Positions 7,280-14,626 of a DNA stretch of 14,626 nt are shown here, one piece after another (position 1 is the stretch's first letter; each line of letters begins with the position of its first letter). Origin of the DNA: Bacteroides sp. (GTDB lineage: Bacteria; Bacteroidota; Bacteroidia; G022818785); contig CP063811.1 of assembly GCA_022818785.1 (NCBI GenBank), positions 271,049 through 285,674 of the forward strand, written 5' to 3'. A program made the translations under genes and the position numbers. A model generated the notes under the pieces. That model was not told the DNA's origin, searched no databases, and worked only from the letters and a program-made list of their open reading frames with translations.

Positions 7280-9208
7280 ATGATTAAGATCAAATATAAT
7301 AATTCAATTATTGAATATCCTTCAATGATAACACCTTATGAGGTAATTAAAAATATTTTTAAAAATAACACTGAAAATGTAATTGGAGTACAAATTAATG
7401 GTATATCCTGTGATTTATTATTACCTCTCAAGTCAGATTCTATTATTAATATACTGACTTGGAATGATTTGGAAGGTAAAAAAATATTATGGCATTCAAC
7501 AGCACATATATTGGCAGAAGCAATTAAAAATATATATCCAAATGCACAATTAGCGAATGGTCCTGCTATGAATAATGGCTTTTATTATGATATTGATTTT
7601 TGCAATATAGACTTAAAAGAAAAAAATTTATTACATATTGAAAAACATATGTATGATATAATAAAAGATAATTCTAAATTTATTAGAATAGAAAGTTCTT
7701 TTCAAGAAGCTGAAAAATATTTTAAAAATATAAATGAGATCTATAAAATTAGAATCTTAAAAAGATTAGAAAATAATAATATTACTTTATATCAACATAA
7801 TAAATTTATTGATTTATGTAAAGGCCCTCATTTATTAGATACTAAACACATAAAGTTTATAAAATTAACTAAAATATCTGGATCTTATTGGCAAAAAAAT
7901 AATAACAATAAACAATTAACACGTATATATGGAATTTCCTTTCCTAATAAGGAAGAAATGGCAAATTATTTTTATAATATTAAACAAGCAAAAGAAAGAG
8001 ATCATAAAAAAATAGGTCAAAAAATGGAATTATTTTCTTTTAATGACAATGTAGGTAGTGGATTACCATTGTGGTTGCCAAAAGGTAATATTATTAGAGA
8101 AAAACTTATTAATTTTATTCAAAAAATTAATTTTAGAAATAATTATTACCCTGTTTCAACTCCTCATATTGCTAAATCTGATTTATATAAAATATCAGGA
8201 CATTATTATAAATATAAGGATCATACATTTAACTCTATGAAACATGACAAAGTAGAGTTTTTGTTAAAACCTATGAATTGTCCTCACCACTGTGAAATTT
8301 ACAAAAAAATATTTTTACAATCCTATAAATCATTACCGTTAAGGTTGTCAGAAATAGGAACTGTGTATAGATATGAACAATCAGGGGAGTTAAATGGATT
8401 GTTAAGATCAAGATCCTTTACACAAGATGATGCCCATATTTTTTGTGAAGAAGAACATTTGTCTTCAGAATTTTCAAAAATTATTAAAATCATTTCATAT
8501 GTCTTACAGGTTTTTAAATTAAATAATTTTACAATACAAATTTCATTACATGATCCATATAAAATGGATAAATATATAGGTTCATCTGATATATGGACAA
8601 AATCCGAAAATAACATTATTGAAATTTGTAAAAAAAATAATATCAAAGTAAATATTGCAAAAGGAGAAGCAGCATTCTATGGACCTAAAATTGATTTTAT
8701 GGTTGAAGATTCTTTAAAAAGGATATGGCAATTAGGAACAATACAGTTAGATTTTAATCTAGCACAAAAATTTGGTTTAGAATATAGAAATAAGAAAAAT
8801 ATTTTATGTAATCCTATTATTATACATAGGGCTATTTTAGGATCTATAGAAAGATTTATTGCTATATTACTAGAAAATAGTAATGGAGATTTACCATTTT
8901 GGATATCTCCAATACAATTTATTATCTTGCCTATAATAAAGGATACGATTTATATAAATAAACTTTTTAAAAATTTAATTTTTTCCGATATTTATGGATT
9001 GATAGATGATAGGAATGAAACTTTAAGTAAAAAGATTAGGGATGCAGAATTAAAAATGATACCATATATTATTATAATAGGACAAAAAGAAATAGAAAGC
9101 AATTTTCTTTCTATAAGAGATAGACAAAATAAAACAACATATAGTATTAATATGAAAGAGTTTATTTTAAAAGTTAATTCATTAACCCCTGATATTCCTA
9201 TTTTTTAA
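7280..9208 (+). CDS. thrS: Threonyl-tRNA synthetase
   Basis: 642 aa; editing-domain WHSTAHILA and DLCKGPH; RDHKKIG; zinc ligands in KPMNCPHH, TQDDAH and IIIHRAILGSIERF; YRYEQSGELNGLLR; GEAAFYGPKID. Confidence 0.98.
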   Translation: MIKIKYNNSIIEYPSMITPYEVIKNIFKNNTENVIGVQINGISCDLLLPLKSDSIINILTWNDLEGKKILWHSTAHILAEAIKNIYPNAQLANGPAMNNGFYYDIDFCNIDLKEKNLLHIEKHMYDIIKDNSKFIRIESSFQEAEKYFKNINEIYKIRILKRLENNNITLYQHNKFIDLCKGPHLLDTKHIKFIKLTKISGSYWQKNNNNKQLTRIYGISFPNKEEMANYFYNIKQAKERDHKKIGQKMELFSFNDNVGSGLPLWLPKGNIIREKLINFIQKINFRNNYYPVSTPHIAKSDLYKISGHYYKYKDHTFNSMKHDKVEFLLKPMNCPHHCEIYKKIFLQSYKSLPLRLSEIGTVYRYEQSGELNGLLRSRSFTQDDAHIFCEEEHLSSEFSKIIKIISYVLQVFKLNNFTIQISLHDPYKMDKYIGSSDIWTKSENNIIEICKKNNIKVNIAKGEAAFYGPKIDFMVEDSLKRIWQLGTIQLDFNLAQKFGLEYRNKKNILCNPIIIHRAILGSIERFIAILLENSNGDLPFWISPIQFIILPIIKDTIYINKLFKNLIFSDIYGLIDDRNETLSKKIRDAELKMIPYIIIIGQKEIESNFLSIRDRQNKTTYSINMKEFILKVNSLTPDIPIF

Positions 9209-9228
9209 TATGTATTTTATTTTTATAT

Positions 9229-9768
9229 ATGATAAATAATAACTTAAGAAATAAAAAAAAATATATTCATATAAAAAATCGTATAAATGAATTTATTACT
9301 GATAATGAAGTGCGATTAGTGGGAGACAATATAAATCCAGGTATATATAAAACTAGGGATGCCCTAATAATTGCCAAAGAACATAATCTAGATTTAGTAG
9401 AAATTACAAAAAATGTTAAACCTAGTATAGTCAAGATAATAGATTATAAAAAATTTTTATATGAACAAAAAAAGAAGATTTTTAAATTAAAAAATAATAA
9501 AACTGTAATTAAAGAAATTAGATTTGGCCCTAATACTAATGATCATGATTTTGAATTTAAACTTAAACATGCCATAAAATTTATAAAGAATGGAGCTAAG
9601 GTTAAACCGTATGTATATTTTAAAGGAAGATCAATTGTTTATAAACAACAAGGAGAAAATTTGCTTTTAAAATTTATAAAATCATTAAATGATATAGCTA
9701 AAGTTGAACAAATGCCAAAATTAGAAGGGAAAAGAATGTTTGTAGTCATAACACCTATTAGAAAATAA
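9229..9768 (+). CDS. infC: Translation initiation factor IF-3
   Basis: [53 protein letters not shown]; canonical thrS-infC-rpmI-rplT order. The start codon is somewhat uncertain. Confidence 0.97.
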   Translation: MINNNLRNKKKYIHIKNRINEFITDNEVRLVGDNINPGIYKTRDALIIAKEHNLDLVEITKNVKPSIVKIIDYKKFLYEQKKKIFKLKNNKTVIKEIRFGPNTNDHDFEFKLKHAIKFIKNGAKVKPYVYFKGRSIVYKQQGENLLLKFIKSLNDIAKVEQMPKLEGKRMFVVITPIRK

Positions 9769-9775
9769 TTATCAA

Positions 9776-9976
9776 ATGCCAAAAGTAAAAACTAACTCTA
9801 GTGCTAAAAAATCTTTTAAAATTACTTCATCAGGGCACATTAAGAGAAAACACGCGTATAAAAGTCATATATTAACTAAAAAATCTAATAAACGAAAACA
9901 TAGACTATCAGGAATTACATTAGTTCATAAATTTGATAAAAAAAATGTCAAATTCATGTTAAGAATTGGTAAATAA
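9776..9976 (+). CDS. rpmI: 50S ribosomal protein L35
   Basis: [41 protein letters not shown]; 66 aa; lies between infC and rplT. Confidence 0.97.
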   Translation: MPKVKTNSSAKKSFKITSSGHIKRKHAYKSHILTKKSNKRKHRLSGITLVHKFDKKNVKFMLRIGK

Positions 9977-10004
9977 TAATAAAATTAAATTAAAAATACA
10001 TAAA

Positions 10005-10346
10005 ATGTCAAGATCGGTTAATGTAGTATCTTCACGTAAAAGAAGAAAAAAAATATTAAAATCTACAAAAGGATATTGGGGAGCTAGAAAAAATATTTAT
10101 AAAGTTGCAAAAAATGCACATGAAAAAGCTCTATTATATGCATATAGAGATAGAAAAGATAAAAAACATATGTTTAGAAGATTATGGATACAAAGAATAA
10201 ATTCTTTTGTTAGGCAATATGGAATGACTTATTCGGTATTTATTAATAAACTTTATAAGAAAAACATATGTTTAAATAGAAAAACACTTGCAAGCATGGC
10301 TTTTAATAACAATAGTGCATTAAATGATATTATAAATGGTTTATAA
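10005..10346 (+). CDS. rplT: 50S ribosomal protein L20
   Basis: Start moved to the ATG at 10005 (MSRSVNVVSSRKRRKKILKSTKGYWG...YAYRDRK...FRRLWIQRIN...LNRKTLA; 113 aa). The track start at 9966 is a TTG inside rpmI. Confidence 0.97.
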   Translation: MSRSVNVVSSRKRRKKILKSTKGYWGARKNIYKVAKNAHEKALLYAYRDRKDKKHMFRRLWIQRINSFVRQYGMTYSVFINKLYKKNICLNRKTLASMAFNNNSALNDIINGL

Positions 10347-10353
10347 TTAATTT

Positions 10354-11412
10354 TTATGCAATTGTTATTTGATCATCTAAGTATATGTTTTGAATGTAAT
10401 TAATTATTTTAATCCCTTCTTTTATATCTTTTTGAAATGCTTTTCTGCCCATTATCAGTCCAGAACCACCAGCACGTTTATTAATTACAGATAGTAAAAG
10501 TGCATCATATAAGTCATCAGATTCATTTTTAGATTCGCCGCCAGAATTTAATAAAGGACACATGCCAGAAAAACTATTAATAATTTGGTACCTGCACATA
10601 TCAATTGGATTATCACCAATCATATTGTACATTTTGTTATTAAATTTTCCAAAATTTAAATTTTTAAATCCATGTAAATTATTAGATGGTATTTTTTGTT
10701 TAATAATATCAGCTTGTATAGTAGCTCCTAAATGAATAGCTTGCGAAGATATATCAGCAGAATTATGGTAATCAATATTATTTTTTATAAATTCATTATT
10801 TCTTGTATAACACCATAATATAGTTGCCATACCTAAATCATGTGCATATTGAAAAGCATTTGCAATATCATTTATTTGTCTTTTTGATTCTTGAGAACCA
10901 AAATATATTGTTGCTCCAATTGCAATTGCTCCCAAATTCCATGCTTCTTTTACAGTTCCAAATAATATTTGATCGTATTTATTAGGATATGTCAATAATT
11001 CATTATGATTAATTTTTACAATAAATGGAATTTTATGTGCATATTTTCTGGATACCATACTTAATACTCCAAATGTGCTAGCAACACCATTACATTGACT
11101 TTCTATAGCCAATTTTATAATATTTTCAGGATTAAAATAATCTTTATTATAAGAAAACGAATATCCTGCACTATGCTCAATGCCTTGATCAACAGGTAAA
11201 ATAGACAAATATCCAGTATTTCCTAATCTTCCATTTTTATACAAGAAAGATAAATTATTTAAAACTTTATTATTTCTATTAGAATTTAGAAAAACTTTAT
11301 CTATAAAATTTTTAGAAGGTAAAAATATTTTTTCTTTAGGAATAAGTTTACATTTATAATCAAATAATAGATTATATTTTTTTCTTAAAAAAGATAACGC
11401 ATTATTGTACAT
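10354..11412 (-). CDS. fbaB: Class I fructose-bisphosphate aldolase (DhnA/FbaB type)
   Basis: GRLGNTGYLSILPVDQGIEHSAG, YAHKIPFIVKINHNE, GATIYFGS, ILWCYTRN, Schiff-base Lys region QADIIKQK, NSGGES and INKRAGGSGLIMGRKAFQ; 352 aa. Confidence 0.95.
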   Translation of the reverse strand: MYNNALSFLRKKYNLLFDYKCKLIPKEKIFLPSKNFIDKVFLNSNRNNKVLNNLSFLYKNGRLGNTGYLSILPVDQGIEHSAGYSFSYNKDYFNPENIIKLAIESQCNGVASTFGVLSMVSRKYAHKIPFIVKINHNELLTYPNKYDQILFGTVKEAWNLGAIAIGATIYFGSQESKRQINDIANAFQYAHDLGMATILWCYTRNNEFIKNNIDYHNSADISSQAIHLGATIQADIIKQKIPSNNLHGFKNLNFGKFNNKMYNMIGDNPIDMCRYQIINSFSGMCPLLNSGGESKNESDDLYDALLLSVINKRAGGSGLIMGRKAFQKDIKEGIKIINYIQNIYLDDQITIA

Positions 11413-11447
11413 AATAGTTTATAGTTTAACATAAGTAAATAATATAG

Positions 11448-11455
11448 CGAAAATA
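11448..11455 (-). promoter_or_regulatory. Possible Bacteroidota-type -7 promoter element (TATTTTCG) for fbaB
   Basis: The minus strand reads TATTTTCGC about 35 nt upstream of the fbaB ATG, one mismatch from the TAnnTTTG consensus. The GCG here is the only run of consecutive G/C in the spacer. I see no clear -33 TTTG box. Confidence 0.3.
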
Positions 11456-11464
11456 TGTTAATTT

Positions 11465-13585
11465 TTAAAAAAAGTTATTTTCTAAATTTATGTTATTATC
11501 ATTATATATTTTTTTCATATATAATGCCCATATAGGTAATGCAGTATTAGCTCCTTGACCTAAAGTGATATTATCCCAATATAAAGTTTTATCATCTCCT
11601 CCTACCCAAATACCTGTTAGAAGATTAGGAACACCTCCTATAAACCATCCATCAGATTGATTATCAGTAGTTCCGGTTTTAGCAGCAATAACATTTTTAA
11701 AATTATATCTTAATCTTAGTCTTCTAGCTGTTCCAGTATTTTCGGATACTGTTCCCATTAACATTTTTAATATATCATTCGCAGTTTTTTCATTCATAAC
11801 TTCTTGAGATAATTGTTTATGTAGATATATTATATTATTATTACAATCTTTGATTGTATCAATATAATATAAATTATTTTTTATACCCTTATTATAAAAA
11901 GAAGAATAAGCTTCTACTATATCATGTAAGCTAGATTCAAAAACTCCTAATCCAATTGAAGGATAAGGCTGAAATTGTGCATTAATACCCATATTAATTG
12001 CACGTTTTATAATATTTTTAGGGCCTACATGCTTAACTAAATACATAGTAGTTGTATTTAAGGATTTTACAAATCCTTCATATAAAGTATATATTCCACC
12101 TATAGAATAATCAGCATTATATGGAGTGTATATTCCTCCATTATTTTTGTATTTATCAAAAGATATTGGCACATTAGGGATTTTCATATAAATATCAAAA
12201 TTGAAATTCTCAATTGCTTCTGCATATACTATAGGCTTAAAAATAGAACCTAATTGTCTTTTTCCATTTTTTACCATATCAAATTTAAAAAATCTATAAT
12301 TTATGCCACCTACCCAAGCTTTTATACTACCATTTTTAGGATTAATAGAAAGCAATGATCCTATAAGATGGTTTTTATAATATAAATAAGAATCCAATGG
12401 ATTAATGAAAGTTTTAAATTCATTGTTTTTATGATACCATGAAAACAATGTAGTATTTTTATTAGTTAATAATAATTTTTCTGTTAGTGTTAAATTAACC
12501 TTATTTTTATCTACATATTTATATATGTTGCTTTTATTAAGATATTTCAATATATTATCGGTATTCTCGAGTATTTTCTCTCTTTTCTGTAAATGGTTAT
12601 TAAATGTAATTTGTAAATGATATAAATATTCTTTTAAAGATTCTTCAGCATATTTTTGCATTTTAAAATTAATAGTTGTATATATTTTTAATCCATCTTT
12701 ATATATATCATAATATTTATAATAGTTATTAATTAAATTGTTATTTTCTATTTCATTTTTTATGTTTAATCTTAACATTTCTCTGAAATATGGCGCTATA
12801 CCATCATCATGTTGTGTCGGATTAATGTTTAAATCAATATTTTCATTTAAATATTGATTTAAAATATCTTTGTTAATATATCCATTTTTGTACATTAAGT
12901 TTAAAACTATATTTTTTCTTGTCAAAGCATTATTATAATTTTTAATAGGAGAATATCTAGTAGGTGCATTTATTAATCCTATTAAAAGAGCTGATTGATT
13001 AATACCAAGCAATTCTGGAGTAGTATTGAAATAAGAATATGAAGCCATTTTAATACCGTAAGAATTATTACCATAGTTTACAGTATTTAAATACATAGAT
13101 ATAATTTCATTTTTTGTATAAAATTTTTCTAATCGTACAGCAATTATTATTTCTTTTATTTTTTGTATAATACGGCCGATATAATTAGAAGATCTTTTAT
13201 CATATAAATTTAATGCTAATTGCTGCGATATGGTACTTCCTCCTTGTTTATAGCCATATAAAGTTAATAATATACTCGACATCATACGTTTAAAATCAAT
13301 TCCATAATGATCGTAAAATCTTTTATCTTCTGTTGCTATTAAAGCATTAATAGCATTAATAGAAATATCATCATATTGAACACATGATCTATTTTCTTTA
13401 TAAAAAGTTCCTAACAAATATCCATCTTCTGACCATATTTCAGAAGCTAAATTGTATTTAGGATTTTCTAAATCTTCTATAGAAGGGATATCGCCAAATC
13501 CCCCATATATTGTATATATCAATAATATGAATATTGTTATAAAGCTAGTGAATGAAAAAAACCATATTATTTTTATAATTTTCAT
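11465..13585 (-). CDS. mrcA: Class A penicillin-binding protein (PBP1A family, transglycosylase-transpeptidase)
   Basis: N-terminal TM helix; GT51 motifs ATEDKRFYDHYGID, GGSTISQQL, KIKE and MYLN..YG; transpeptidase motifs GSIFKP (SxxK), SLN (SxN) and KTGTT; 706 aa. The gene symbol is a family-level assignment. Confidence 0.93.
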   Translation of the reverse strand: MKIIKIIWFFSFTSFITIFILLIYTIYGGFGDIPSIEDLENPKYNLASEIWSEDGYLLGTFYKENRSCVQYDDISINAINALIATEDKRFYDHYGIDFKRMMSSILLTLYGYKQGGSTISQQLALNLYDKRSSNYIGRIIQKIKEIIIAVRLEKFYTKNEIISMYLNTVNYGNNSYGIKMASYSYFNTTPELLGINQSALLIGLINAPTRYSPIKNYNNALTRKNIVLNLMYKNGYINKDILNQYLNENIDLNINPTQHDDGIAPYFREMLRLNIKNEIENNNLINNYYKYYDIYKDGLKIYTTINFKMQKYAEESLKEYLYHLQITFNNHLQKREKILENTDNILKYLNKSNIYKYVDKNKVNLTLTEKLLLTNKNTTLFSWYHKNNEFKTFINPLDSYLYYKNHLIGSLLSINPKNGSIKAWVGGINYRFFKFDMVKNGKRQLGSIFKPIVYAEAIENFNFDIYMKIPNVPISFDKYKNNGGIYTPYNADYSIGGIYTLYEGFVKSLNTTTMYLVKHVGPKNIIKRAINMGINAQFQPYPSIGLGVFESSLHDIVEAYSSFYNKGIKNNLYYIDTIKDCNNNIIYLHKQLSQEVMNEKTANDILKMLMGTVSENTGTARRLRLRYNFKNVIAAKTGTTDNQSDGWFIGGVPNLLTGIWVGGDDKTLYWDNITLGQGANTALPIWALYMKKIYNDNNINLENNFF

Positions 13586-13639
13586 TTATAAATAAAATTA
13601 TTTTTTTTGTATCAAAATAAATTTTTTAATTTAATTAAA

Positions 13640-13939
13640 ATGCAGAAAAATATGTCTAAAAAATATTTATTATATATAATAAATAAAGATAGTTTAAAAA
13701 GAATTTTATATTTAGAATTTTCTAAAATAAAGATCATTATATCATTAATTATGTTAATTTCGTTTATATTTATAATAGTTATGATATGTGTATTTTTTTA
13801 TGTAAAGAGTATACGCAATGATATTTTATGTGATTTTGATCAATTAAATGAACTCAGTAATAAATTGAGTGATTTGGAGATAAAATTACAGTCATATAAT
13901 AATTATTTTGATAATAAAAATAAAATTTTTAACGATTGA
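13640..13939 (+). CDS. Small single-pass membrane protein with a C-terminal coiled coil; resembles the non-catalytic N-terminus of Bacteroidota M23 peptidases
   Basis: ATG at 13640 (or 13652) is preferred over the track's TTG at 13607. KKYLLYIINKDSLK is followed by a hydrophobic helix (IIISLIMLISFIFIIVMICVFFYV) and heptads LNELSNKLSDLEIKLQSYNNYFDN. It ends TGA TAA. The family link is from recalled similarity only. Confidence 0.65.
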   Translation: MQKNMSKKYLLYIINKDSLKRILYLEFSKIKIIISLIMLISFIFIIVMICVFFYVKSIRNDILCDFDQLNELSNKLSDLEIKLQSYNNYFDNKNKIFND

Positions 13940-13963
13940 TAATATATTTATCATTATAATACA

Positions 13964-14626
13964 ATGTGTTATAATATTTTAATTGAATTAATTATTCCAA
14001 TTACAATAAACAAAAATTTTTTATATTTAATTAATTCCAAACATAAAGACTTAATATTTATAGGTCAAAGAGTTATTGTACAATTAGGAAATATTCCTAG
14101 CATAGTAGGTATTATTAATAATATACATAATAATATTACAATAAAAGATAAATCTCATTACAAATATATTATTGATGTCTTAGATGATAAGCAATATCCT
14201 GTAATAAATCATAAAGCATTGGATATATGGCAGTGGATTGCAACATATTATATGTGTAATATGCAAAAAATAATACGTTCTGCTATGGGAGATATTTTAT
14301 CTTTGAAACAAAAAAATTTACACAAAAATATATCTTTATTATCTAATATAGAAATTAACAAACACTATGTTAATAATATTGGTGAATTGATAAAATCTCC
14401 TAATCAAATTACAATTATAAAATTTTTACTATCAATAAAAGATAATAAATTGACATTATTAAGTTTGATTAATAGTAATAAGAAAATATCATTTTATAAA
14501 ATTAAAAATTTATTAAAAAAGAAAATCTTATTTTTTTCAATTAATAACAATAATTATGTAAAAAAAAACGTAGATCTTAATAACGATATAGATAAACAAA
14601 TATCATATGATATCTTTTGTAAGATT
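13964..14626 (+). CDS. priA: Primosomal protein N' (replication restart helicase), 5' portion
   Basis: Manual translation gives 221 open codons to the window edge: MCYNILIELIIPITINKNFLYLI...IGQRVIVQLG...VGII...KYIIDVLDD..PVI...WQWIATYYMC...IIRSAM, matching the PriA 3'-DNA-binding domain (G.RV.V..G; W.W.A.YY.C). The helicase motifs would lie beyond the window. Confidence 0.9.
   Translation, partial: MCYNILIELIIPITINKNFLYLINSKHKDLIFIGQRVIVQLGNIPSIVGIINNIHNNITIKDKSHYKYIIDVLDDKQYPVINHKALDIWQWIATYYMCNMQKIIRSAMGDILSLKQKNLHKNISLLSNIEINKHYVNNIGELIKSPNQITIIKFLLSIKDNKLTLLSLINSNKKISFYKIKNLLKKKILFFSINNNNYVKKNVDLNNDIDKQISYDIFCKI

Noticed and set aside
8058-8240. 60-aa plus-strand ORF in the track
   Set aside because: It lies out of frame inside the conserved thrS catalytic domain, has a GTG start and shows no motifs.
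8323-8646. 107-aa minus-strand ORF in the track
   Set aside because: It is antisense to thrS and has no independent coding signal.
9253-9261. A9 homopolymer in infC (similar 9-nt tracts at 1-9 and 14560-14568) as possible slippage-rescued frameshifts
   Set aside because: The reading frames are intact across these tracts as far as visible, so no transcriptional slippage is needed.
9966-10004. 13-codon N-terminal extension of L20 in the track
   Set aside because: It starts at a TTG within rpmI; the conserved L20 N-terminus begins at ATG 10005.
1-14626. Alternative genetic code (UGA=Trp), CRISPR array, tRNA or IS element
   Set aside because: TGA ends genes at their expected C-termini and RF2 is present; all gaps are 72 nt or less and lack cloverleaf, repeat-spacer or transposase signatures.

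Overview
This is a very AT-rich (about 20% GC by eye), densely packed housekeeping window. Its gene content and motifs point to a Bacteroidota bacterium, probably a genome-reduced endosymbiont (inference). From left to right it holds: a minus-strand run holA - TPR protein - acpP - fabF - rnc - mdh - prfB (prfB runs off the left edge and is missing from the ORF track); a plus-strand run of a stand-alone HsdR-N-like PD-(D/E)xK nuclease - thrS - infC - rpmI - rplT; minus-strand class A PBP (PBP1A) - class I aldolase fbaB; then a plus-strand small membrane/coiled-coil ORF and the 5' part of priA (also missing from the ORF track). I found no tRNA, rRNA, mobile element, CRISPR array or prophage. Most worth following up: (1) the intact solo HsdR-N nuclease kept head-to-head with holA; (2) a probable M23-peptidase N-terminal module lacking the catalytic domain, divergent from PBP1A; (3) prfB with no programmed +1 frameshift and infC with a probable ATG start; (4) perfect microsatellites at both ends of the TPR gene. 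Family assignments come from motif recognition and recalled homologues; no database search was run.
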